The notes: a model not told the origin generated them from the sequence alone. Shown: positions 1-8,825, counted from the first letter of the stretch. The stretch: DNA of 41,206 nucleotides from Thermoproteota archaeon (GCA_013153105.1 JAADFC010000023.1:1-41206), one strand, 5' to 3'. Made by a program: numbers and translations.

Positions 1-3
1 GGG

Positions 4-93
4 GTGCGGGGGTGCCCGAGCCAGGTCAAAGGGGGCGGGCTGAGGACCCGCTGGCGTAGGCCTGCGTGGGTTCAAATCCCACCCCCCGCACCA
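4..93. repeat. Left arm of a 90-nt inverted repeat (tRNA-Leu body plus 2 nt of 5' flank plus CCA)
   Basis: The reverse complement of 41117-41206 equals 4-93 except for one base (G42 versus T). Similarity continues weakly for about 15 nt into the 3' flanks (ACAAACC..CC.CGC). Confidence 0.9.
6..93 (+). tRNA. tRNA-Leu (anticodon GAG), long variable arm, CCA encoded in the gene
   Basis: Acceptor stem GCGGGGG (6-12) pairs with CCCCCGC (83-89). Anticodon stem is 35-39/47-51 with loop CTGAGGA (40-46) and GAG at 42-44. Variable arm is 14 nt (52-65). T arm is GTGGG-TTCAAAT-CCCAC (66-82), discriminator A90, CCA 91-93. Confidence 0.9.
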
Positions 94-579
94 TAAACAA
101 ACCTCCCCGCTCCTGGCCGCCGCTGGCGGCGTTGTGGCGTTGCCGCGGGTCTCAGGTGTCCCCAGGTCCTGGAGCTGTAAGAGGGGAGTGACCCTTCTCC
201 TCGAAGGTCCGGGCTGCAGCGGCTGGAGGGTGCGTGGCTGGCTGCATCCTCGCGGCTGTATGCGGGCGCGCATAGACCATCTGGATGTTGAAGTCGCGTC
301 TGGGGGCGGTTGCCTCCTCTACAGCCTCGCTAGGGTTCGGGGCGTGACGCTGCCATGCGAGCAGCGTGGCAGGGGTCTGGTTGTATATGCTCCGGAGGTG
401 GGGGCTCACGTGTCTATATCCGTGGTGGGTGAGAGGCTAGCGCTTAGGTGTAGGCGGCGTGTCTACCTTATGGTTACGCGGGGCGGTAGGCTCTACCTCG
501 CCCCGGTCTGGGCGGAAGAGTTATAACCGCCTCCGTGGGCGTCGGGGGCTTCTCGGAGGCCGTGTAGAGGTATCGGTGT

Positions 580-657
580 GGGCCCGTCGTCTAGCCTGGT
601 TAGGACGCCGCCCTCACACGGCGGAGGCCCGGGGTTCAAATCCCCGCGGGCCCACCA
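580..657 (+). tRNA. tRNA-Val (anticodon CAC), CCA encoded in the gene
   Basis: Acceptor stem GGGCCCG (580-586) pairs with CGGGCCC (647-653). Anticodon stem CCGCC/GGCGG (608-612/620-624) carries loop CTCACAC with CAC at 615-617. T loop is GGGGTTCAAATCCCC, discriminator A654, CCA 655-657. Confidence 0.9.
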
Positions 658-729
658 CTGTATCCTCATCATCCCGTCTATATCGTCGGTTCCCGCTTCA
701 ACGCCTTCTAGGCCCGGGGGCGACGCGCC

Positions 730-1482
730 GTGGCCGGGTCGGAGGCCGTGTTCGAGGAGAGAGCCCGCCGCGTCTACGCGAGACTGCTCGAGAAGGCCGA
801 GAGCATAGAGGACCCGGAGATCCGGAAGGTTGTCGTCGACCTGCTGCGCGACCCGAAGGTAACCTTCACCGAGGCTGAGGCTAAGATAAGCTTCTTCGAG
901 AGCCCCGCGGCGCCTCGGAAGCACCACGCCTACCCCGGCGGGCTCCTCGACCATACGCTGGGTGTTGTCGAGATCTCCGAGAAGCTCATAGAGGTTTATA
1001 GGAATGTGTACGGCGCGAAGGTGAACCGCAGCATTGTGATAGGCGCAGCCCTGCTCCACGACCTCTTCAAGTACTACCAGTACGAGCGGGACCCCCTGAC
1101 CGGCGGCTATAGGCCTCGCAGCGACTGGTACTTCAGCCACGACTTCCTCATGGTAGCCGAGCTTTCAGCGCGGAAGGCGCCGGACCCCCTGATACGCGCG
1201 GTGGCGGAGACTCATGGGACAGTCCCCTTCAGCATGGTTGAGTCACAGCTTGTCCACCAGGCTGACAGCGTCGACTCAGAGTTCGTCTCAAAGATACAGG
1301 ATGTGATCTGGAGAGCCTGCACAGATATCGAGCTCGAGCTCGGCACCGTAAGGGCGGTGAAGATATTCAACGAGGCGCTACGTAGAGCGAGTATATTCGA
1401 ATACGCCGAGATCTACTACACCAGGGGCCGCGACGCGCTCCGCGAGTACATTAAGAAGCTGCTCGGCCTCCAGCAGGCGTAG
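730..1482 (+). CDS. HD-domain metal-dependent phosphohydrolase
   Basis: 250-aa ORF with a GTG start. It has H..HD-type motifs HHAYPGGLLDHTLGV and AALLHDLFKY. A TATA-like TCTATATC lies about 50 nt upstream. Confidence 0.75.
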   Translation: MAGSEAVFEERARRVYARLLEKAESIEDPEIRKVVVDLLRDPKVTFTEAEAKISFFESPAAPRKHHAYPGGLLDHTLGVVEISEKLIEVYRNVYGAKVNRSIVIGAALLHDLFKYYQYERDPLTGGYRPRSDWYFSHDFLMVAELSARKAPDPLIRAVAETHGTVPFSMVESQLVHQADSVDSEFVSKIQDVIWRACTDIELELGTVRAVKIFNEALRRASIFEYAEIYYTRGRDALREYIKKLLGLQQA

Positions 1483-1486
1483 AACG

Positions 1487-1756
1487 TTTCCGCCTGGAAA
1501 TGTGGAGGCCGACATAAGCGGAGCCCAGCCCGGGGACAGCCGGGCGGGGGCGGTGAAGAGGGGTCGATAGACCGAACACCCGCTACTTACCATACGCTCC
1601 GACTGGCCGATGAAGACCCGTCGGACGATGCGGACCCCGGGGGCTTGGGATGACGTGTCCCCTGGCTCCTCGGAGGCCCCCAAAATCTGTGAGCAAGGTC
1701 ATGCGGAGGCGGCTCGGGCGGGTCCAGCCTCCACATCCCCCTCCATCCAGCGGGGG
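1487..1756. ncRNA. Candidate structured RNA of unknown class, strand undetermined
   Basis: A perfect 10-bp long-range helix (1500-1509 with 1727-1736) stacks on an outer helix (1494-1498 with 1746-1750, and 1490-1492 with 1751-1753). There is an internal hairpin at 1528-1545. No credible ORF is present. Confidence 0.3.
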
Positions 1757-1865
1757 TCGGTTGACCGGACACTCTCCTCACAGCCGAGCCCGGGGGATCT
1801 CTGAGAGGGTCGTGGGCTCGGTGTGAGAGCTCTCAGTCATCCCCTAGCTGGGGTCCTCTGGTTTG

Positions 1866-2966
1866 CTACTCCTCACCGCCCCCGCGCTGTCTCTTCAACG
1901 GCTGGGGTTTCAGGGTTTCAGCGATTATCCTAGCTATCCCCCGCGGCAGCCTGGCTGCGAGCTTGAGCGCCTTGGTTAGGGGGAGGCTGCCCAGGCCGAG
2001 GCTGACGAAGAGGTCCGGGGGCATGCTCTCGAGCAGTGCGGCCCGGCTCTCCGGGCTTGATTTCAGGGCTCGGTCTACTATGCGCCTCTGTATGTTGATC
2101 CACTTTACTGTGGTGCGGTGGAGCTTGGGGTCGCCCCTTCCGCGTATGGCTGTCTCGTAGTATGCCAGGGCCGAGACCATCGATGGCCTTATCCCCTCGC
2201 CGGTGAGGGGGTACACGTAGCCGGCCGCTTCGCCTATCACTGGAGGGTTGCTGGTTAGAAGCTGGGGCTGCGCGCCGGAGACGTTTATCCAGGCCCCCTT
2301 CACGTCTTCGCGGCGTATCCTGCCCTTGAGCCTCTCGGTTATGAATGAGTGTAGCCTCTCTATAAGCTTCATTGGCTTCTCGTAGCCGCCCACGCCTACA
2401 TCTATCCAGCGGGGAGGCCTGGGGAAGACCCAGTAGTAGCCCACTAGGCTGGGGTCGAAGTGGAACTCGACAAGATCTTCTTCGAAGCTATCGCTCCACG
2501 GTAGCAGTGTCTGCACAGCGTATATCATGTCCCGCATCCTGCCCGCGTAGGCCTGCGAGCCCGTCGCTACCACGACACTCCGCCTAGGCTCGAGGCCCGC
2601 CGGCGGCTTAGGGTTGAAGCCCTCGGCGAGCCTGAGCCCGCGCCGGTGCAGGGGGATCCCCTCAAGGAGCTTCTCAAGCATCCGCGGCTTGTCGACTATG
2701 TAGCCCCAGTGGCGCCCCCTCTCCTCGAAGACCAGCCTGCCGGAGAGGTAGACGCGGTAGCCCCTTATCCGGGTGATTACCGCGTCCCCGGGTATGCTGT
2801 AGATGGACTCGATCTCGGCTGGGACGGCCCACCCGCAGGGCTTGGTCCCGGGCCTCGGGCTAGGGTCGATTACAGCGACCCGGTAGCCGTCGTCGGCCAG
2901 CAGCCGTGCCAGCAGGGCCCCCGCGGGCCCCGCGCCGGCGATGAGGTAGTCGGGCCGCTCAGCCAA
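1866..2966 (-). CDS. Geranylgeranyl reductase family FAD-dependent oxidoreductase (probable digeranylgeranylglycerophospholipid reductase)
   Basis: N-terminal dinucleotide fold YLIAGAGPAGALLARLL..VAVID and a GTKPCGWAVP (PCG) motif typical of archaeal GGR. TTG start lies 9 nt after the stop of the upstream prenyl synthase gene. Confidence 0.8.
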   Translation of the reverse strand: MAERPDYLIAGAGPAGALLARLLADDGYRVAVIDPSPRPGTKPCGWAVPAEIESIYSIPGDAVITRIRGYRVYLSGRLVFEERGRHWGYIVDKPRMLEKLLEGIPLHRRGLRLAEGFNPKPPAGLEPRRSVVVATGSQAYAGRMRDMIYAVQTLLPWSDSFEEDLVEFHFDPSLVGYYWVFPRPPRWIDVGVGGYEKPMKLIERLHSFITERLKGRIRREDVKGAWINVSGAQPQLLTSNPPVIGEAAGYVYPLTGEGIRPSMVSALAYYETAIRGRGDPKLHRTTVKWINIQRRIVDRALKSSPESRAALLESMPPDLFVSLGLGSLPLTKALKLAARLPRGIARIIAETLKPQPLKRQRGGGEE

Positions 2967-2975
2967 AGCGGCCGG

Positions 2976-3845
2976 TCACCCGCCACCGTCGCCGTCTATG
3001 TTCGCCAGCATAGCGTTTACTATGAAGCGGGGCAGCACGCGGAGCGTGTAGCTCCCCGGCGCCATCTTCTCGGCCAACGACTCCGCCTCCCTTATCAGCC
3101 TCTCTATAGTGTCAAGAGGCTTGCTCGTGTCGCCCCCCATCCAGCGGATGAAGAGCCTGAGGCTGGGCTCCCTCTCGAGCTTCCGCGGGTCCCTGCTGTC
3201 ACGTATGTCATCAGCTATCTGGTATACGATGCCCAGCGTCTCGCCGTAGTGGGATGCAACCTCGAGGAGGTCGCGGCGGCCGGCAGCCAGCACGCCAAGC
3301 TCGGCTGAGAGGCGGAATAGTGCGCCGGTCTTCAGGCGTATCATCTCCATGTAAGTCTCTGGCGCTAGCTTCTCGGGTGGGAGGAAGGCGTCTATAACCT
3401 CGCCCCGGCTTATATCGAGCCACGCGGCCACGGTCCTCTCGAGGGCCTCGCCGCCATACTTCATCTCAACTATACGCTGTGCAAAGGGTATCAACAGGTT
3501 AGAGACCATGACAGTTTTCTTGAGGCCGAACCTCACCCAGGCCGCCTCGAAGCCCCTGCGTGTGACATCCTCGTCTATTATATCGTCGAGTGCGAGACTT
3601 GCAGCATGGACGAGCTCCACAGCAACGGCAGCGTCAATGGCTGCGTCGCGTGAGGCGCCGAGGCTCTCAGCGGCTTCGAGCACCAGGAAGCCTCGCAGCC
3701 TCTTGCCGCCCATAGCTATGTAGCGGGCGGCGTCGACCACCGAGGCCTCAGGCAGCTCGCCAAGCCATGAATCTATAGCGGCGTCGATCTCAGCCCTAGC
3801 AAGCCTCCACCGCTCGACCACCGTGACCGAACCCGGCGTCGACAC
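2976..3845 (-). CDS. trans-Polyprenyl diphosphate synthase (GGPP/FGPP or longer-chain type)
   Basis: First Asp-rich motif LALDDIIDEDVTRRG, second IADDIRD, and GGKRLRG near the N-terminus. GTG start. Confidence 0.85.
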   Translation of the reverse strand: MSTPGSVTVVERWRLARAEIDAAIDSWLGELPEASVVDAARYIAMGGKRLRGFLVLEAAESLGASRDAAIDAAVAVELVHAASLALDDIIDEDVTRRGFEAAWVRFGLKKTVMVSNLLIPFAQRIVEMKYGGEALERTVAAWLDISRGEVIDAFLPPEKLAPETYMEMIRLKTGALFRLSAELGVLAAGRRDLLEVASHYGETLGIVYQIADDIRDSRDPRKLEREPSLRLFIRWMGGDTSKPLDTIERLIREAESLAEKMAPGSYTLRVLPRFIVNAMLANIDGDGGG

Positions 3846-4059
3846 TCAGAACCACCATTCGCGCAGCGCTACGGGCAACCCGGCCCCACGGGAGGGAGCG
3901 CCACACCCACGCGGTCCACGCCCCCTTATGAGTAGGGGGGAGAATAATGTGGAATAGCCGCGCTGCCAACCAGCAATGTAGCGTGCGCACCCCTAACCCT
4001 TAGAAGCCCAGCACACCGCCCCATGTCCGCAGGAGGACGTACAGGAGGATACTGCAGCC

Positions 4060-4809
4060 ATGGCCAGGGCACGTCTATCCTATCCGGATGCGAAGTCGTT
4101 CTACAACATATTGGAGGCGCTATCAAAGATAGTTGATGAGGTGTCGATGACCATACGCCAGGATGGCGTTACAGCTGTAGCGCTGGACCCCGCCCACGTG
4201 GCTCTGATAAAAATAGAGTTGCCGGTTGACAGCTTCGTAGAATACGAGGTTGAGGATAGCGAGGTGAAGCTAGGCTTCAACGTTGCCAACACGGCTAAGA
4301 TACTCAAGCGTGGCAAGAAGGGTGACAAGCTGGACATAGAGGTAACCGATGACAGGGTCACCTGGTCAATAGTCGGCGCAACCATAAAGAGGTACAGGCT
4401 GCTCAACCTAGACGTTCCTACGCCAGAGATACCGGAGACACAGCTCGAGTTCAAAATACATGTAGCTATGATAGTTGACCCGTTCAAGAACGCTCTAAAG
4501 GATGCAGAGGCTGTAGGCGACACTGTTGAACTCGAAGCGCCAGACGAAGAGACGCTAATCATAAGAGGCATAGGTGCCGCGACGGCCGAAGCCAGAATAC
4601 GCCGCGAGAGCCCTGCAGTGGTAGAGTTTGAGGTCAAGGAGCCAGGTAAGGCTGCCTACAGTATAGACTACCTGAAGCACGTAGTATCGCTAACCAAGGT
4701 GGCCGACACAATAGTGATAGAGTTCTCGAACGATATGCCCCTGCGCCTGGAGTTCCAGCTCCCCGCGGGAGGTAAGGTGACATACCTCCTGGCCCCCAAG
4801 AGCATCTAG
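4060..4809 (+). CDS. pcn: DNA polymerase sliding clamp PCNA
   Basis: 249 aa with an ATG start preceded by GGAGGA. It resembles archaeal PCNA along its length (ALDPAHVALIKIEL, FNVANTAKILKR, MPLRLEF..GGKVTYLLAPK). Confidence 0.9.
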   Translation: MARARLSYPDAKSFYNILEALSKIVDEVSMTIRQDGVTAVALDPAHVALIKIELPVDSFVEYEVEDSEVKLGFNVANTAKILKRGKKGDKLDIEVTDDRVTWSIVGATIKRYRLLNLDVPTPEIPETQLEFKIHVAMIVDPFKNALKDAEAVGDTVELEAPDEETLIIRGIGAATAEARIRRESPAVVEFEVKEPGKAAYSIDYLKHVVSLTKVADTIVIEFSNDMPLRLEFQLPAGGKVTYLLAPKSI

Positions 4810-4830
4810 TCCGGTCGTACATCCCAGGCA

Positions 4831-4893
4831 GTGATGACCACTATGGCTCCTCCGACCCCCAGGTTAGGGGATGGGGAGGGCCAGGACAGCTGA
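4831..4893 (+). ncRNA. Weak C/D-box sRNA candidate
   Basis: Consensus C box GTGATGA (4831-4837) and D box CTGA (4890-4893) sit in the 92-nt gap after pcn. Internal D' (CCGA 4852-4855) and C' (GATGGGGA about 4870) are degenerate. Spacers are 14-15 nt rather than 12. Confidence 0.2.
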
Positions 4894-4901
4894 GCGCGTC
4901 T

Positions 4902-5822
4902 CTACCGTTTCAGCCTCCGCAAAACGGCGGCGGCAATGTGGACAGCGGGGTTCACTCCGGTGGCCCTCTGTAAGCCTCTCCAGAGGGGCGAGGCGTTGAC
5001 CTCGAATATTACGTAGCCGTTTTTGGAGTCTTCAGCTATGTCCACGCCGGCGTAGAGTAGTCCGAGGCACTCGACAGCCTTCACGGCCAACTCTGAGTAC
5101 TCGCCGTCCACGCTTAGGGGCTCAGTCCTGGCTCCCTGCGCAACATTAGTCTTCCAGGACGAGCCTAGCCTCCTCGCGGCTGCAACTGCAACGCCGTCAA
5201 CTACGAATACTCTTATATCACTATTATAGCGTTTCTCAACGTACCTCTGAATGTAGAGCGGCTGGTTCAGCTTTGCAAGCAGATTAAATATGTAGTATGC
5301 CATGTCCACGTTGTCGGCTAGGAAGGAGCCGAGCCCCAAGCTCCCGACGATGGGCTTAATGACTATCCTGCCCCATTCCCGGGCCCTCCGAAGCGCGGCT
5401 GCCACGTTCTCTGTGACCACGGTCTCGGGTACGGGGAGGCCGCACCTCGCTAGTAGGTATAGGCTGTAGAGTTTATTCCTGGCAGTGAACGACGCCTTGA
5501 CCGGGTTGACTACGGTTACACCGCGGTCCTCGAGCATGCTTAGTGTGGCTTCGCGATAGGCCAACTGCTCCGGAGTATAGACCCTACCAATGCTACGCAG
5601 TAGTATAGCCGGGTAGGCCTCCATGCATCGGCGCCGGTGTCGTACGCTGCACTCACCTCCGATGCCGACTTCAACATAATCCCATATCAGGTAGTCAACG
5701 GTCGCCCCGAGCGACTCGAAGGCGTTAATCAATTGGACTGCAGTCCACGGAGGTTTGGGCGAGTAGTGGAGCAGCCCGACCCTAGCTATGGCTATCCCCC
5801 CGCACTGGAAGGGCCTCGGCAA
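4902..5822 (-). CDS. RimK-type ATP-grasp ligase (alpha-L-glutamate/aminoadipate ligase family)
   Basis: ARNKLYSLYLLARCGLPVPETVV, IVIKPIVGSLGLG, YIQRYV, DIRVFVVDG, GVDIAE..NGYVIFEVNASP. The only in-frame start that keeps the N-terminal domain is TTG 5822, which overlaps the upstream gene by 41 nt. Confidence 0.75.
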   Translation of the reverse strand: MPRPFQCGGIAIARVGLLHYSPKPPWTAVQLINAFESLGATVDYLIWDYVEVGIGGECSVRHRRRCMEAYPAILLRSIGRVYTPEQLAYREATLSMLEDRGVTVVNPVKASFTARNKLYSLYLLARCGLPVPETVVTENVAAALRRAREWGRIVIKPIVGSLGLGSFLADNVDMAYYIFNLLAKLNQPLYIQRYVEKRYNSDIRVFVVDGVAVAAARRLGSSWKTNVAQGARTEPLSVDGEYSELAVKAVECLGLLYAGVDIAEDSKNGYVIFEVNASPLWRGLQRATGVNPAVHIAAAVLRRLKR

Positions 5823-6735
5823 GCAGTGCGGCGTAAAGCGGCGCTGTTAAGGGGTCCGTGTCTATGAGAAGGTGGAAGGCCTCTCTCCCCGTAAGCCGTG
5901 CCCGTGTTGCCGCCTCGCGCGCGATATCGGCTTCAGCCCCGGTTGTGAGTAGTACAAGCCTCTTTGGCGCAGCCCCCAGGGCTATCTCGGTTACCGCGCT
6001 GGAGAGGCTCGCAACTGAAGGCCTAGGGTACCCCCTAGATGTGGCTATTGTAGATAGCATGCTACATGCGCCGGAGAGCGTAGGCGAACAGTACAGTGTC
6101 GTACTATCTTTCAATCTTTCAGCGAGACTCACAAGGTCCCCGCGGTACCTGTTCACAACCCACCGATAGGCCTCGGTAAGGCTTGAATACTCTCGGCCTA
6201 GACGTTCAACTCTAACCTTTATCGTCGACGCCCTCTCGACGAGGATTCTAGCAAGATGGGCAGCGGCAGCCAGCATCCCGACGTCTATCCTCTGCAGAGC
6301 CAGCTCTATGTAGGTGTGGGCTTCACCGTAGGGCTTTAGGACATGTGGCAGCGGCGGCCCGATGACTAGTGCCCTCGAGCCCATTATGGATAGTGTCGAG
6401 AGACCGCGCGCGGCGACGCCCTCGCCCCCAGGCTCGACGAACACTATCATAGACATGTTCTCCTCGTGGTAGGCCGCGTGGTGGTATGTGTACGCCTCCA
6501 GCGGCTCCTGCTCCACACGCTGCTCAGATAGCTGGCGCAGGGGCCAGTAGACTATCTGAGCGGCCGCGAGCGAGTAGGCGGAGCCGACGTTTAGCACCCA
6601 AAATCCGCGGCCGCCGGTCGAGCCTAGGTCGGCCGACTCGAGCAGACGCGAGACCTCCTCCTCGACTTGGCGCAGCTCGTCGAGGCTTGGGGGCCTCAGA
6701 GCAGGGCTGTGGCCAGTGAGCGGCAGCAACTGCAC
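5782..6735 (-). CDS. Hypothetical protein, possibly with two SIS-like (sugar isomerase/binding) domains
   Basis: 317-aa ORF with coding-like composition. Two Rossmann-like halves are seen ([25 protein letters not shown] and [23 protein letters not shown]). The assignment is from pattern only. Confidence 0.45.
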   Translation of the reverse strand: MQLLPLTGHSPALRPPSLDELRQVEEEVSRLLESADLGSTGGRGFWVLNVGSAYSLAAAQIVYWPLRQLSEQRVEQEPLEAYTYHHAAYHEENMSMIVFVEPGGEGVAARGLSTLSIMGSRALVIGPPLPHVLKPYGEAHTYIELALQRIDVGMLAAAAHLARILVERASTIKVRVERLGREYSSLTEAYRWVVNRYRGDLVSLAERLKDSTTLYCSPTLSGACSMLSTIATSRGYPRPSVASLSSAVTEIALGAAPKRLVLLTTGAEADIAREAATRARLTGREAFHLLIDTDPLTAPLYAALLAEALPVRGDSHS

Positions 6736-7547
6736 ATCGCCGGGTCGGGTTCACGTGGCAGCCGGGGTATTAGCTGGTAGAGTATGCGCTTGGCTTTCTC
6801 GGTGTTTTCGCGCATTACTCTAGTAACCTCTTCAGCGGTCACGGGATGTTCAGCCCATACGTCGTAATCAGTTATCATTGCAAGTGTGGCATAACACATC
6901 TGAGCCTCACATGCCAGGTTGACTTCCGGGACAAGTGTCATACCTATAATGTCCGCCTTAAAGACGTCCTTCCACACCCTGCTCTCGGCCCGTGTTGAGA
7001 ACCGTGGTCCCTCTATGCAGATGTATGTACCCTTTTCATGCACCCGGTAGCCGAGCCCTCTCCCAGCCTCCACCAGCAGCCTGCGGAGGTGCTCGCAGAA
7101 GGGATCCGCCATGCTAACGTGAGCCACTACACCGCCGTCGAAGAACGTGTAGTCGCGCTTCTTCGTCATATCTATGAACTGGTCCGGCACTACGAGATCG
7201 CCTGGCCTGTAGTCCTCGCGGAGGGAGCCAACAGCTGATACTGCAATGACCCACCTGACCCCGAGGCTGCGGAGGGCCCATATGTTTGCGCGGTAGTTTA
7301 TCCGGTGCGGTGGTATCCTGTGCCCTCTACCGTGGCGGGGGAGGAAGGCCACCCTCCTGTCTGCAACCCTGCCGACTATAATGGAATCGCTGGGCTCGCC
7401 GTAGGGCGTGTAGACTTTGACCTCGACGCTATCCTCGAATATGCCTGGGTCGTAGAGGCCGCTCCCGCCGATTATAGCTATCTCAGCCGAGACAGGGGGC
7501 CGCGGGGGGAAGACCGGCTCGGCCAACCCAGGCCTCCCGGGGGACAA
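6696..7547 (-). CDS. mtnP: S-methyl-5'-thioadenosine phosphorylase
   Basis: [68 protein letters not shown]. The start is uncertain (TTG 7547 or TTG 7526). Confidence 0.9.
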   Translation of the reverse strand: MSPGRPGLAEPVFPPRPPVSAEIAIIGGSGLYDPGIFEDSVEVKVYTPYGEPSDSIIVGRVADRRVAFLPRHGRGHRIPPHRINYRANIWALRSLGVRWVIAVSAVGSLREDYRPGDLVVPDQFIDMTKKRDYTFFDGGVVAHVSMADPFCEHLRRLLVEAGRGLGYRVHEKGTYICIEGPRFSTRAESRVWKDVFKADIIGMTLVPEVNLACEAQMCYATLAMITDYDVWAEHPVTAEEVTRVMRENTEKAKRILYQLIPRLPREPDPAMCSCCRSLATALL

Positions 7548-7573
7548 GGCCGGCGGGCTGGCTGCGCATAGTT

Positions 7574-8416
7574 TTAGGGGTTGCCGCTTACGGGCGCCTG
7601 CCTGGGCTTACGAGCAACAACACCGAGGGCCCGCTCGTCATAGCCCAGCACGTGGAACCCCGCCCTTCTAAGCCGCTCGATAACCCCTCGCACTATGGGT
7701 CCGTGGCCGCGGCCCCGCCTCCTCATAGGCTCGCCGGTGTAGTGGAACAATATGCCTCCGGGGCGCAGGACTCGGAACAGCTCCCTGTAGAAGTCTAGGC
7801 TGTACAGGTCTCCCGCTACGTTGAAGCGGGGAGGGTCGTGTATAACCCGATGAAAGTACCCGTCCCTAAGTTTCCTGATGACTCTTGTCGCGTCTCCGAG
7901 TATCAATGTGACGCGCGGGTCGGCCAGGTGGTGGCTGTAAGGGTTATACTGGGCGAGTAGGAGCACGGCCTCGCTGACCTCTATGGTTACAACGTGGCTC
8001 GCCCCTGCGTCGAGCTCGGCTCTGACTGTGTATCCGAGGCCGGTGCATACGTCGAGTATTCTCATGCCCCTCCTAAGCCGGGCGGCTCGTACCTTAGCGT
8101 AGGCGTCATCGAGCGGGTTGGACTCTTTTACTCTGTGCATCACAAGGCCGTTTAGTAGGAGCGTTGGTGGGACGCCCGGCCTGGGTATGTAGAGTCTTAC
8201 ATATCCATCGATGCCTCTAACCTCGAGGCGGCGGAGAGACCCGTCGATGAGCGCGTAGAGTGATGTAGGGTCTATTTCTCCGGGCTCGAACCTTCCCGGG
8301 GGCTCCTCTACTCCAAGCTGTTTGAGGAGCCTGGGCTCGCGGATGAGCCGCCATCCTTCAATAGAGCGCCGGGGCTCAAAGCGGTAAAGCTCTACTGCAT
8401 CGGCAGCGTGCTCCAT
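7574..8416 (-). CDS. Class I SAM-dependent methyltransferase (predicted archaeal RNA/protein methylase)
   Basis: Motif [12 protein letters not shown] and a motif IV-like [11 protein letters not shown] start. Confidence 0.75.
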   Translation of the reverse strand: MEHAADAVELYRFEPRRSIEGWRLIREPRLLKQLGVEEPPGRFEPGEIDPTSLYALIDGSLRRLEVRGIDGYVRLYIPRPGVPPTLLLNGLVMHRVKESNPLDDAYAKVRAARLRRGMRILDVCTGLGYTVRAELDAGASHVVTIEVSEAVLLLAQYNPYSHHLADPRVTLILGDATRVIRKLRDGYFHRVIHDPPRFNVAGDLYSLDFYRELFRVLRPGGILFHYTGEPMRRRGRGHGPIVRGVIERLRRAGFHVLGYDERALGVVARKPRQAPVSGNP

Positions 8417-8481
8417 ACGCTTCCCCGCAGCTATGAGTAGTGTGGACTGCCAGTCGTAGGCGGCATGGCGGCGTCCTCACC

Positions 8482-8489
8482 CTTATAAG
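8482..8489. promoter_or_regulatory. Palindromic TATA-like box CTTATAAG
   Basis: Lies in the gap upstream of the methyltransferase gene that starts at 8416 (minus strand). The same octamer occurs at 34570. Confidence 0.35.
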
Positions 8490-8531
8490 CGGGTCTTGCG
8501 CTTGTGGATGTGTGGCGGTGATGTACACGAC

Positions 8532-8825
8532 TCACACCGAAGCCTGAGGCGCGTGTGGAGGGAGGTTTCGTCTGAGCCGCCGCTCGGCTAGGTAATGTAG
8601 GTAGTTCCGGACCGCTATGACGTGTTTGCATCTACCGCGGTACATGAAGCCTGGGCAGGTGCACCGTGCCCGGCCGCTGTTGAAGTCTACTTCAACTATG
8701 TATACGCTACCGCTGTCTCCTCGGACAGCTGCCCGGACGAGGCCGTCCCCGTGAACCCTAAGGTACAGTATTGAGTTTTTATTAACTAGCCTGGCTGCGG
8801 CCCTCGCGATTCCGCGGGACGGCAA
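8532..8825 (-). CDS. SWIM-type zinc-finger protein
   Basis: CTCPGFMYRGRCKHVIA fits the CxCx(n)CxH SWIM signature. 97 aa, TTG start. Confidence 0.65.
   Translation of the reverse strand: MPSRGIARAAARLVNKNSILYLRVHGDGLVRAAVRGDSGSVYIVEVDFNSGRARCTCPGFMYRGRCKHVIAVRNYLHYLAERRLRRNLPPHAPQASV

Noticed and set aside
181-509. RNase P RNA call based on GAAGGTCCGGGCT (203-215), a preceding hairpin (181-202) and a possible P4 partner CCCCGGTCT (501-509).
   Set aside because: I could not find the near-universal CR-V ACAGAA..GGCUUA element, the CR-II/III GNRA-rich modules, or complementary P1/P2 strands. A 12/13 match can occur by chance in GC-rich DNA. It is kept only as a hint inside the finding on 94-579, pending cmsearch.
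134-526. ORFs 134-526 (plus strand) and 152-409 (minus strand) as protein-coding genes.
   Set aside because: The translations are rich in Trp, Cys and Arg. They show no codon pattern like neighbouring genes (few ATA/AAG/GAG codons) and no recognisable motif. They are most likely chance ORFs in stop-poor GC-rich DNA.
1510-1620. RNase P-like CCGCTTATGTCGG on the minus strand (complement of about 1510-1522), pairing with AGTCGGAG with a bulged U.
   Set aside because: The two strands are only about 75 nt apart and in the wrong order relative to the terminal helices. No ACAGAA or CR-I consensus is present. SRP RNA helix-8 signatures (GGAA tetraloop flanked by AGG/AGCA) are also absent.
4060-5822. 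Apparently lower GC content of pcn and the ATP-grasp gene as a sign of horizontal transfer.
   Set aside because: This was judged by eye only. Both are conserved core-type genes with the same codon preferences as their neighbours. It needs a computed GC and codon-usage profile before any claim.
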